From Candidatus Methylomirabilales bacterium (GTDB lineage: Bacteria > Methylomirabilota > Methylomirabilia > Methylomirabilales > CSP1-5): DNA of 28,524 nt. The DNA lies in the NCBI GenBank assembly GCA_046758505.1, contig JBHIAH010000027.1, positions 1 through 28,524 on the forward strand. Direction: 5' to 3'. The position numbers and the translations under genes are program-made. The notes beneath the pieces were generated by a model. It saw nothing but the letters and a program-made list of their open reading frames with translations, was not told where the DNA came from and ran no database searches. Below, piece by piece: positions 1 to 8,224 of the stretch; position 1 is the stretch's first letter, and each line of letters starts with the position of its first letter.

Positions 1-91
1 CGAGGATCGACAGGATCGTCATGACCAAGAGCGACAGGATGAGGACGATGCCGCGCTGGTCCTTGGCGCGTGTCATGAAAGGGCTTTTCAT
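1..91 (-). CDS. PilX-like minor pilin, N-terminal part (runs off the left edge)
   Basis: Manual translation from ATG at 91: MKSPFMTRAKDQRG|IVLILSLLVMTILSIL. Basic leader, Gly at -1, hydrophobic stretch without Glu5 (PilX/GspK style). RBS AAAGGAG upstream. Not in the ORF track because it is truncated. Confidence 0.75.
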   Translation of the reverse strand, partial: MKSPFMTRAKDQRGIVLILSLLVMTILSIL

Positions 92-155
92 TGCCGATCT
101 CCTTTCGGGCAGCCACCTTTTTCCTGCTTGCATGTGTGTCGGGAGCGAGTTCTAC

Positions 156-171
156 AGCAATAACTGTGCCA
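156..171 (-). promoter_or_regulatory. sigma-54 (-24/-12) promoter of the pilX-like gene
   Basis: Minus strand reads TGGCAC-AGTTA-TTGCT, an exact match to TGGCAC-N5-TTGCW, ~65 bp upstream of the ATG. Confidence 0.85.
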
Positions 172-233
172 GGGCTTGTTCGCATAACTTGGTGAAAACA
201 AAGGTGATTCGATGGAATGTCTCTACTCTTTGG

Positions 234-249
234 TGTCGATTTTTGGACA
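234..249. promoter_or_regulatory. candidate enhancer (bEBP UAS) palindrome
   Basis: TGTC-GATTTTTG-GACA (TGT-N10-ACA type) in an AT-rich stretch ~65-80 bp upstream of the -24 box. Confidence 0.5.
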
Positions 250-560
250 GTTACCAGAAAACGGACATCCGCAACCGATGGGTCAGGTGGGCGTTCCGAG
301 AGACCAGCGTTCCTCGGTTGTGGGGCCTTCTGCTTTCACGAAATGCCGCCCCTTGGGAGCCTCGGGGGCTTGGTATTGCGTGGTACACAGGCTGGTGGGC
401 GGGCAGGAAACAGAGGCGGGCTGTTTGCGATTGGAACGGGGGGCAATTGCCCGGGCAGCGTCCGGGAGCTCGTCAAGCGCTACAGGGCTTCCTCCGCCAT
501 GCCGGGGTCTGGAAAGACCGAGGGAAGGAGCGCGACACTGGGAGGCCAAACGGGCTTCGA

Positions 561-911
561 TCAGGGCTCCGCTTCCGGGGCCCCCTCAGTTGCTCCCTCG
601 TCGCGCAGGGCTTCCTCCATCATCGGCTCGAAGTCTTCCCCTAATTCGTCTCCGAGCTCCTTTCCCATGCGCGTGGCCCACCGGCGGACGCTCTGGGGAT
701 CGTTTTCATCGAGATCCCCAAGGCCACTCGGGTCGCCGAGCCGCTCGAGGCGCTCCGCGTCGCTCCGCGGCCGGGCAAACCGCGAGAGGAGGCGGGTCAG
801 GTGGTCGCTACCACAGTGGGGGCAGCGGAGGGGTGGTGGGCTGTGGATATTCAAGATGAGCAGGCTCACGCGGCGGCGGCATCCATCGCAGTCGTATTCG
901 TAAATCGGCAT
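561..911 (-). CDS. FmdB family zinc-ribbon protein
   Basis: MPIYEYDCDGC...CPHCGS...RLLSRF signature with acidic C-terminal tail. Confidence 0.9.
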   Translation of the reverse strand: MPIYEYDCDGCRRRVSLLILNIHSPPPLRCPHCGSDHLTRLLSRFARPRSDAERLERLGDPSGLGDLDENDPQSVRRWATRMGKELGDELGEDFEPMMEEALRDEGATEGAPEAEP

Positions 912-939
912 GGCGCATCGTCCCCCGGGGTTCCCCTTG

Positions 940-967
940 ATTCTAGCAACTCGCCGTGTACCGTCAA
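940..967 (-). promoter_or_regulatory. sigma-70 promoter of the FmdB gene
   Basis: TTGACG-N16-TAGAAT with extended -10 TG. Confidence 0.6.
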
Positions 968-1480
968 GCCCCCCAGGTTGTGCGACGTGGCCCCAGCGCT
1001 TCGCTCTGGGCCTCCCGCGGCGACCCTGATCTGCGGCTTACGGCCTGGGTCCCTCCGTGCTCACGATCCGTGCAAGGGGGTCGGGCACGGATCGCGCCTC
1101 GGTTTCCCAGGCCGCCACCAGCAGGGGGGCCCCGCCGCTCCCGGCAATGTCCCTCAGCGCCTGGGAGCCCCGTCGTGCGTTTGCTCTTGGCCGTTTCGTT
1201 GACGGATGACCTATCACCCCGCATTCCCGTCGGAAGGGCGAGGGGAAATGGGCCTAGACCCGACGGAACCTGGTTTGCGTGCGGCCAGGGGGCTCCTCCC
1301 GCCGGAGCGAAGTGCAGGCGGGGGATGGCCATCCTGCTGCTGACTAGAACCGGTCGGCGTGGGAGCGAGGGCTTTCGCCTACCGACCCGTGGAATGTTCC
1401 GTCGGGGAAGACCCACGCCCCGAGCCCTTCCGACTCCCCCCCCTTGACCGCGCCGTGGGTGTGTGGTAAGCAAGGAGACA

Positions 1481-2233
1481 ATGCGGTGCCAACATTGCGG
1501 CTACGTGAGCTTTGATCATCTGAGTGTCTGTCCGCGGTGCGCCAAGCCCCTCTCGCCGAGCCGCCAGCGTGCCCGGGCCTCCCCGACTGAATTGCCTGAC
1601 GCCGATTCCCCCGCTGTCTCTCGTGTTCCCATCTCGCCGGCTACGGTCCACGAAGGCCGCCTCCGGCTGGAGGAACCCTCTTCCGTTGCGGGGGCGCTGT
1701 TCGAGGAAGAGCCGGACTGGAGCCGCCTCACTCTGCCGGCGGAGCTTTACCCTCATCCCTCGCTCTCGTACGGCGGCGTGTTCAGGAGGGGGGTTGCAGT
1801 GCTTGTCGATGCGCCCTTGCTGTTTGGCCTGACCGTCCTGGCCATGACGCTGGCTTCCCTCACGGCCATGGGCGGTGGGACGGTCGCCGGGGCGATGACC
1901 CGTCAGGTCAGGTTTGTGGCCTCAGGAGCCGCCGTCGTGGCGGCCTTTGCGGTGAGTCTCGCCTACCACGTCGTGTGCTGGGGGCAAGGGGGGCAGACCC
2001 CCGGCAAGATGCTGCTGGGACTGCAAGTGGTACGGTGGGATGGGGGAGAAATCGGATACGGCCGCGCCTTCCTGCGGTGGGTCGGGTATTTCGTCGCCCT
2101 GCTCCCTCTCGGCTTCGGGGTGATCCTGGCGCTCTTTCATCCGCGAAGGCGAGGACTCCACGATCTCTTGGCGGGAACCTGCGTCGTGCGAGTCAATGGG
2201 CCGGGACGTGAAGCAGGGGGTGAGGCGATATGA
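1481..2233 (+). CDS. RDD family membrane protein with N-terminal zinc ribbon
   Basis: CQHC...CPRC, then RRGVAVLVD...GQTPGKMLLGLQVV...RRRGLHDLLAGTCVV. RBS AAGGAG before ATG 1481. Confidence 0.9.
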   Translation: MRCQHCGYVSFDHLSVCPRCAKPLSPSRQRARASPTELPDADSPAVSRVPISPATVHEGRLRLEEPSSVAGALFEEEPDWSRLTLPAELYPHPSLSYGGVFRRGVAVLVDAPLLFGLTVLAMTLASLTAMGGGTVAGAMTRQVRFVASGAAVVAAFAVSLAYHVVCWGQGGQTPGKMLLGLQVVRWDGGEIGYGRAFLRWVGYFVALLPLGFGVILALFHPRRRGLHDLLAGTCVVRVNGPGREAGGEAI

Positions 2234-2460
2234 CTGAAAAGGTGAAGGCGGGGCGCGGCTTAGCCTGGCTCGCGCTGCTCATCAGCATCGCTGCTCTGGT
2301 GATCGCGGTCATGGCGTACCAGCGGACGGGTACCGATCTCACGCTGCGCAAGCGTGTTGAGGCCCTCCAGCAGGCTCTGGACAGTGCCCGCCAAGACACG
2401 GCAAACGCCCTGGACCGGTTGGAAGACCTCGTCCGAGGGTCAAAGGAAAGAAAGCGATAG
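2230..2460 (+). CDS. small single-TM coiled-coil hypothetical protein
   Basis: ATGA overlap with the RDD stop, hydrophobic N-terminus, helical C-terminus. Confidence 0.75.
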   Translation: MTEKVKAGRGLAWLALLISIAALVIAVMAYQRTGTDLTLRKRVEALQQALDSARQDTANALDRLEDLVRGSKERKR

Positions 2461-2469
2461 GGCGCGGCA

Positions 2470-3621
2470 TCACCGAGATCGCTTCCGCCGGCCTCTCTGC
2501 GCACCGTGAGCGGTGCCCCGGGACCCGGAAAACAAGCGCTCTCCTTTTCCCACCAGGTTGTACGGCCGCATCGTGATCTTCTGTTCGGGATCCCGAATCG
2601 TGTATCCCAGTCGATAGCACTCCACCCCGTGCCGCGTGGCGATGGCCGTGGCCTGGTCGATCTGGCGCGAGTCATTGGGGAGCACGACGCAGAAGCCGAT
2701 GCCCATGTTGTAGACCCTGAACATCTCTGCGGGGCTGATCCGGCCCATCGCCTGGATCAGCCCAAAGATGGGATGGGGTTCTGGCCAGAAATCGATGACG
2801 AAGCCGACGCGGGCCTTGACGCGACTCAGATTGAGCAGGCCGTCGCCGGTCACATGGATCAGCGCTTTCACGTCCAGTCCGGCCCTGAGCATTTCGATGA
2901 TCTCGGGAACATAGATGTGGGTGGGTTCGAGCAATTCCGCCCCGATGATCCGGCCGAGCTCGGGAATGTACTGATCCGGGCGAAGGCGCTGCCGGCGGAA
3001 GAAGACGTCGCGGGCCAGCGTGAGGCCGTTCGAATGGATGCCACTGCTGCGCAGTCCCAGGATCACATCCTTGGGTTTGAGTCGCTGACCGACAATGATG
3101 CGATCCAGGGGGACGATGCCGAGACAGGTTCCGACCAGATCGAACCCATCGTCCTTGTGGACCCCCCGGATGATGTCGCCGAGTTGGGCGATCTCGCCTC
3201 CGGGAATGGTGATCCGGGCGCGGCGCGCCCCCTCCAGGAGCCCCCGTCCCATGTCCCGAAGCAGTCGGCGGTTCGGTGATTGCACCGCCACGTAGTCCAC
3301 CAGGGCGAGGGGCTCTGCCCCCACCCCGAGGAGGTCGTTGGCGTTCATGGCGATGCAATCGATGCCGATGGTGTCGAACTTGCCGAGCATCTGGGCCACC
3401 AGGATTTTGCTCCCCACCCCGTCCGTGGAAATCGCGAGACCACGGTTCTCCCCGAGCGCGATGACATTGGCGAAATAGCCGAAGGGGAGCATCACCCGGC
3501 CGATGCCCTTTCGCAAGGCGAAGGTCTCGCGGAGCAGGGAGGTGAGATCTGTGAGGGCCGAGGCTGCTCCGACCGCATTCACACCGGCCCTGGCATACGA
3601 TCTCTGCTGTGAGCGACCCAT
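2470..3621 (-). CDS. purM: phosphoribosylformylglycinamidine cyclo-ligase (AIR synthase)
   Basis: YARAGV, STDGVGSK, GIDCIAMNAND, SSGIHSNG, HVTGDG, EMFRVYNMGIG motifs. Start at ATG 3621 with RBS AGGAG (the longer ORF call overlaps tRNA-Phe). Confidence 0.93.
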   Translation of the reverse strand: MGRSQQRSYARAGVNAVGAASALTDLTSLLRETFALRKGIGRVMLPFGYFANVIALGENRGLAISTDGVGSKILVAQMLGKFDTIGIDCIAMNANDLLGVGAEPLALVDYVAVQSPNRRLLRDMGRGLLEGARRARITIPGGEIAQLGDIIRGVHKDDGFDLVGTCLGIVPLDRIIVGQRLKPKDVILGLRSSGIHSNGLTLARDVFFRRQRLRPDQYIPELGRIIGAELLEPTHIYVPEIIEMLRAGLDVKALIHVTGDGLLNLSRVKARVGFVIDFWPEPHPIFGLIQAMGRISPAEMFRVYNMGIGFCVVLPNDSRQIDQATAIATRHGVECYRLGYTIRDPEQKITMRPYNLVGKGERLFSGSRGTAHGAQRGRRKRSR

Positions 3622-3800
3622 GCGTCTCCTCGGCGAAGATGGGTTCGGCTCACCATAGCCCAATTCTCGTTGCCAGACAAGCCTTCCCGACTGCTGCAAA
3701 TCCCTCGACACTGGCCCACCAATCTGGTATTCTGCCGGGCGGTCGATGTCGCAGCGGTTGAAGCCCCCCCGGCCTGATCCCTCTCGGCTCCGGACCCATC

Positions 3801-3876
3801 GGGCAGGTAGCTCAGTCGGTAGAGCACGGGACTGAAAATCCCGGTGTCGGCGGTTCGATTCCGCCCCTGCCCACCA
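3801..3876 (+). tRNA. tRNA-Phe(GAA)
   Basis: GGGCAGG/CCTGCCC acceptor stem, D-arm GCTC/GAGC, anticodon loop CTGAAAA, TTCGATT T-loop, encoded CCA. Confidence 0.97.
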
Positions 3877-3917
3877 GCCGTCTCCAGGGAACACAGGGAT
3901 CGGTTATTTTCCCGCCT

Positions 3918-4070
3918 TCAGTGCGCCAGACGGAGACGTTCTTCTTCCAGCACTACGTGGTCCAGACGGTCGGCGAGTTGGCGGAGGAACTTGCTCCCCT
4001 TCCGCGCGAGCTTTGGGCAGTTGAGCCCAAAGACCACGCCGGTGAAAAGCCCGAGCATAAATCGGAACAT
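3918..4070 (-). CDS. small (50 aa) membrane-anchored hypothetical protein
   Basis: MFRFMLGLFTGVVFG... hydrophobic N-terminus plus amphipathic helix; purine-rich GGGAGG upstream. Confidence 0.55.
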   Translation of the reverse strand: MFRFMLGLFTGVVFGLNCPKLARKGSKFLRQLADRLDHVVLEEERLRLAH

Positions 4071-4350
4071 CACCTTTCCCTCCCTTCTGGGGTAGGGTAA
4101 AACCCTTCCCATTAATAATAATAGCAGGTTACCGGCATTTATCAACGGTGCCCAGATCGCCGACACCCCTTCGATCGTAAGTAGTGAAGTTCCTGGGGCT
4201 TCATCGGGGGAAGGCGAGGATACGAAAGAGGGTGCCCCTACACCCTCGACCCCCGCGGATGAGACAAAACGACGGACAACGCCTGCCTCCCCAGGAACTG
4301 CCCGGATTTCACATAGTTCCCCCTCCCTTCCTTTCCGTTCAGTAAAGGAA

Positions 4351-4394
4351 AATCATCGACTTACGCCCATTAGCCCCCTGGTACATTTCCTGCA
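4351..4394 (+). promoter_or_regulatory. IHF-like site plus sigma-54 promoter of the minor pilin operon
   Basis: AATCATCGACTTA (4351-4363, near WATCARN4TTR) followed by TGGTAC-ATTTC-CTGCA (4379-4394, GG-N10-GC). Confidence 0.6.
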
Positions 4395-4494
4395 GACCCC
4401 TGTCGTGGCTGTACCGTGTCTCCTCTTCTCCGCTCGATTGAATCGAGCGGTTTCGGATCGAAGCGGTCGCCATCGCAGGGGGTGTGAGGGTCCC

Positions 4495-4854
4495 ATGAGA
4501 AATGCCCGCGGATTTTCACTCGTCGAGGTGCTCGTCGCCTCTGCCATCCTCGCCGTGGTGCTCCTGGCCATTGCCAGTCTCTTTTCGACGGCCTACTCAA
4601 ATGTCGGGTATGGGGGGAGGCGGACGAAGGCCGTGGCGCTCGCCAGGCAAAAGATGGAGGAACTTCGGGACGGCAGCTTTCCCCCGAGCACGACGGGCAG
4701 CCCGGAGACCCTCGAGAGCATCTACACCCGCTCGTGGGCGGTCACCGTGACCGGCGCGCCGAGCCAGGTGGCCACGGTCACCGTCACGGTGTCCTGGCCG
4801 GATGCGGCCCAGGGGACAAAGCAGGCGACGCTGACAAGCATGATGGCTCCGTAG
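4495..4854 (+). CDS. type IV minor pilin, PilV-like
   Basis: MRNARG|FSLVEVLVASAILAVVLLAI: prepilin peptidase site with Glu5; A..LA..KMEELR motif. Confidence 0.9.
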   Translation: MRNARGFSLVEVLVASAILAVVLLAIASLFSTAYSNVGYGGRRTKAVALARQKMEELRDGSFPPSTTGSPETLESIYTRSWAVTVTGAPSQVATVTVTVSWPDAAQGTKQATLTSMMAP

Positions 4855-4866
4855 GGGGATTGTGCT

Positions 4867-5475
4867 GTGAGGGAAGGGATCTCGACATGGTTCGGGTGTG
4901 AGCGAGGATTTACCGTTGCAGAAGTCCTCGTGACCTCCACCCTGATGGCCATCGTCCTCGTCCCGATCTATACGATGTTCGCGGCGAGTCACACCACGTA
5001 CAATAAGGGCGTGGATAAGGCCGAGATCCAGCAGGATGCCCGGATCGCCCTGCACTGGATGACCCGAGAGATCAGGATGGCAGGCTACGAATCCCCCAAT
5101 CTCGCGAATCCCGTGTGTCCTACGCCGAAGGCGGCCGGCTGCGTGCTTCCCACCCAGCAGGCGTCCAAAATCGGGCTCCGGGCCGACGTGGATGGGGATG
5201 ACACCACGGAGGAGGTCGAGTACGAGCTGCAGAACTGTGTGAATCAGATTTGTGACGTCGTCCGACGGGAGCGAGACTGGGATGACGCGACCTCGACCTG
5301 GGGTGCGTGGTCCGCCTACGATGTCATCGCGGGCAACGTCGAGGGCTTGACGTTCACCTATCTTTCCGCACCCAATCCGACGCGGGTGCGCGTTCAGGTG
5401 GACGTGCGGGAAGTCAATGCCGGCCCAGACGTGGCTTACATGGTCGTGTCAGACACACAATTGCGGAATCTCTGA
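4867..5475 (+). CDS. type IV minor pilin, PilW-like
   Basis: ERG|FTVAEVLV; QQDARIALHWMTREIRMAGY motif; C-terminal LRN. Confidence 0.9.
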   Translation: MREGISTWFGCERGFTVAEVLVTSTLMAIVLVPIYTMFAASHTTYNKGVDKAEIQQDARIALHWMTREIRMAGYESPNLANPVCPTPKAAGCVLPTQQASKIGLRADVDGDDTTEEVEYELQNCVNQICDVVRRERDWDDATSTWGAWSAYDVIAGNVEGLTFTYLSAPNPTRVRVQVDVREVNAGPDVAYMVVSDTQLRNL

Positions 5476-5488
5476 GCAGGAGATCCGG

Positions 5489-6733
5489 ATGAGCGAAGCT
5501 AGGGGTCTCTTCGCGAAACACCAAAGAAAGTGCCGCCTGGGGGAAAGGGGATCGGTATTGGTCATCGCCCTCCTGCTGACGACCGTGCTCTCTATCCTCG
5601 GGCTCAGCTTTTTGACGGTTTCCGGCCAGGATATCTTCATCGCCTATAACGAGACCCACCTCTCGCAGGCCTTCTATCTGGCCGAGGCGGGGGTGGCAGA
5701 GGCGCAACGGATCCTGAGGGATAGTAATAACTGGGACAACGAATTGACGGCGGCACAGCCCTTCAGCTGTCCGGCGGGCCTAGTGTCGGCCACCGATGGT
5801 GGGTGCACGTTCACTGTCGAGAACGATTCGGCAGACCCGGGTGGGCCGACCAACGACACCAACGATCTCGTGGTGGTCAAGGCCACGGGAACATTCCGGA
5901 ACGCGCTCAGCGAGGTGGACGTAGGCCTCGCGCGCATGCTCCTCCCGGTACCTCCCGGAGGGATTACCTCGCTCGGTGTCAGCACGAATCTTTCCTTTGC
6001 CGGGAACGCCTTCACCATCGATGGGAACAACTGGATCCCCCCTTCGGACGACGGTTCGACGCCTGAATCTCAGGACAACAGCAGCTGCGGCTCGATCCCC
6101 GTCCCCAAGTTTGGGATCGCTGTGCCGGATGGCGCGCAGCAGCTTTCTGTCAAGAACGACCTGACCGGCCAGCAGCAGGATAATGTGACGGGGGCAGCGC
6201 CGAATCCCCCGTGGGCGCCGCCCGGCAGTACCCCCAGCATCGGGGTCGATGCGACCCTGACCCAGGCCCAGCTCACCACCCTGGTAGACTGGCTCTCTCC
6301 CCTGGCGGATTTCACGTATAACCCGGGCACCTCAATTAGCAGTGGAACGCTCGGGACGCAGGCAGACCCCACAATCGTCTTCGTTGACGCGACGGGGTAC
6401 AGCGGGAGTGACCCGGCCCTGACCTTGAGCGCCACCAAGGGGGCCGGGATCCTCATGGTCAAGAACGGGAGTCTCCGGATGTCGGGAAACTCCCAGTGGG
6501 TGGGACTCATCATCGTCATCGGGGATAACGTGCAGATCGACATGCGGGGGGGCGGCAACAAGAGCATTTACGGCTCCGTCTTGCTAGCAGAGAACCTGAG
6601 TGTCGCAACCAACCAGGCTGAGGGTCAGGGCAACGTGAAAGTTCGCTTCAGCTGCCAGGGAGTCAATGTGGCCAACACCGTTGGAGGGGGGAAGCTCAGA
6701 GGTGCAACGGTCTGGTGGAGGGAGGTCTCCTGA
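5489..6733 (+). CDS. PilX N-terminal domain pilus assembly protein with large beta-rich C-domain
   Basis: ERG|SVLVIALLL (no Glu5), QAFYLAEAG motif, ends WREV. RBS AGGAG before ATG 5489. Confidence 0.88.
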   Translation: MSEARGLFAKHQRKCRLGERGSVLVIALLLTTVLSILGLSFLTVSGQDIFIAYNETHLSQAFYLAEAGVAEAQRILRDSNNWDNELTAAQPFSCPAGLVSATDGGCTFTVENDSADPGGPTNDTNDLVVVKATGTFRNALSEVDVGLARMLLPVPPGGITSLGVSTNLSFAGNAFTIDGNNWIPPSDDGSTPESQDNSSCGSIPVPKFGIAVPDGAQQLSVKNDLTGQQQDNVTGAAPNPPWAPPGSTPSIGVDATLTQAQLTTLVDWLSPLADFTYNPGTSISSGTLGTQADPTIVFVDATGYSGSDPALTLSATKGAGILMVKNGSLRMSGNSQWVGLIIVIGDNVQIDMRGGGNKSIYGSVLLAENLSVATNQAEGQGNVKVRFSCQGVNVANTVGGGKLRGATVWWREVS

Positions 6734-7544
6734 GCGGGGCTCGCCGAGGGTCAAGGGCCCAGGAGCATCGGTTTGGCGGGAGAGGCTGCTCTGGCTGATT
6801 GTGGCTCCGACCCTGGCGGTAGCACTATGGGCTCGGTTTATGCCCCAGACAAAAGCGATTTCATGGTCTCAGGCGGCAGCCCCTCCCTCCCCTGTCGCTC
6901 AGGAGCAAAGGATTGCAACCGTCTCGCCCCCGAAGGCCGACCAGCCGCCCCCCCTTCCCTCGCCTGAGCCGCGTGTCTGGAAGGTCCTCTTTGGCTCCCC
7001 CCGGGCCGGGGCCGAGGAACTCTCCCGGCGCACGCGGATCACGCTCTTCTTGAACGGTCCCGTCGAGCGGGACGTGGTCGAGTGGGCCTTCACGATGTCA
7101 CCCTCTGCATCCGGGACCTTTTCGTGGCCCCGGCCTGACCAGCTCGTCTTCACCCCCAATGATGCCCTTCGCCCCGCCACCCGATACACGGTCTCGCTGA
7201 CTCCCATGATCGGGTTCCGGGATCAGGAGGAGTATGAGATCGTGGAAACCCGGTGGTCTTTCACCACGGGAAACGCTCGGACCTTTCGGCAAGACATCCA
7301 ACCCCTTATCGGGGCGTATTGCACCAAGTGTCATGGCCCAAAGGGTGACGCCGCTGCCGTTCCCCTGAAGACCTACGGCGATGTCAGCCGGTACGTTGTT
7401 CCAGGCCGCTCGGGTGAGAGCCGCTTCTATACCTTTATCCAGAATCGGCACCATCACATCAACATGGCCGATCGGGACCATTCTACCAACGTGAAGCTGG
7501 CGATCATTAAGGACTGGATCGACGAGGATAAGGCAGTGGAGTAG
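6666..7544 (+). CDS. membrane-anchored Ig-like (Big_5-type) + monoheme cytochrome c protein (start uncertain)
   Basis: TM LLWLIVAPTLAVALW, Pro-rich linker, LVFTP..L.PATRYTV...WSFTTG Ig-like motif, then F.QDIQPLIGAYCTKCHG...VVPG.S.ES...NM...IKDWI. Confidence 0.8.
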   Translation: MWPTPLEGGSSEVQRSGGGRSPERGSPRVKGPGASVWRERLLWLIVAPTLAVALWARFMPQTKAISWSQAAAPPSPVAQEQRIATVSPPKADQPPPLPSPEPRVWKVLFGSPRAGAEELSRRTRITLFLNGPVERDVVEWAFTMSPSASGTFSWPRPDQLVFTPNDALRPATRYTVSLTPMIGFRDQEEYEIVETRWSFTTGNARTFRQDIQPLIGAYCTKCHGPKGDAAAVPLKTYGDVSRYVVPGRSGESRFYTFIQNRHHHINMADRDHSTNVKLAIIKDWIDEDKAVE

Positions 7545-7782
7545 CGGAACGGACCCCTTGCCCTGCCCTGTTCCCTCCATGATGGTTCCCATATCCTCGC
7601 CGGCCCCGGAATCCGCGCGTAGAACGCGAGAGGGGCAGCACCCATCCGTTCAATGCGCCTATCTCTTCCACGGTGTCCCACGAAAGCGAGGGATCCTGCG
7701 GCGGCCCTGTGGGGAAAATGAACAGCGCGATCACTTTGAACACGACTGGGGCCGTCGGGGGATGGGTGCGGGTGCGATGGAA

Positions 7783-7889
7783 TGAGACACTCATGTCCCA
7801 TTGGGGAACCAATCCCTGTCATCCATCGGATCAGCGAACACAAGAAATTGCCTGGAACAAGCCCTCCCGGATGGGATACGTGTGTCCCA
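7783..7889. promoter_or_regulatory. pair of palindromic candidate bEBP enhancer sites
   Basis: TGAGACA-CTCA-TGTCCCA (7783-7800) and TGGGATA-CGTG-TGTCCCA (7872-7889); extra TGTCCCA half-site at 7674. Confidence 0.55.
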
Positions 7890-7954
7890 CCCCGTGCACC
7901 TCCTCCAGGCCTTCGCTCCCCCAAAGAAGGCGGAGCGGTACTCATCTGTGCAGT

Positions 7955-7970
7955 TGGCATGGTTGTTGCT
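7955..7970 (+). promoter_or_regulatory. sigma-54 promoter
   Basis: TGGCAT-GGTTG-TTGCT, followed by GGAGG RBS (7984) and ATG (7996). Confidence 0.8.
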
Positions 7971-7995
7971 CGAACAGTGGAGTGGAGGTCAGGCC

Positions 7996-8181
7996 ATGTG
8001 GGAAGAAACGATGCCGATGTTCTTTTTTAGCGTGCAGGAACATTCAGGGTCTGAGGCGGAACTCATCGAAGTGTCGGCCCCAGGTTTTCTTGAGGCGGTA
8101 CAGACGCTGGCGGCGTGGCGTCCTGGAATCCACATCCTGAAGCTCGAGGGAGTCTGTGCAGGCTCTCCCGGACACGCCTGA
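7996..8181 (+). CDS. small (61 aa) hypothetical protein
   Basis: MWEETMPMFFFSVQEH...; supported by RBS and sigma-54 promoter geometry. Confidence 0.6.
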   Translation: MWEETMPMFFFSVQEHSGSEAELIEVSAPGFLEAVQTLAAWRPGIHILKLEGVCAGSPGHA

Positions 8182-8224
8182 GGGTTCTGACGCTCCCGAT
8201 CTGTACCGGGAGATGCACGCCGGT

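Noticed and set aside
270..560. Overlapping ORFs and a 13-bp repeat CAGGGCTTCCTCC (483-495 and 606-618)
   Set aside because: Low-complexity Arg/Gly/Pro translations; one short repeat in GC-rich DNA is compatible with chance
970..1440. ORFs between the FmdB and RDD genes, and a weak GG-N10-GC motif at 1326-1341
   Set aside because: No RBS or domain signal; the motif deviates at several consensus positions
3622..3894. N-terminal 91-aa extension of the purM ORF
   Set aside because: It is the antisense of tRNA-Phe and intergenic DNA; a good RBS and ATG lie at 3621
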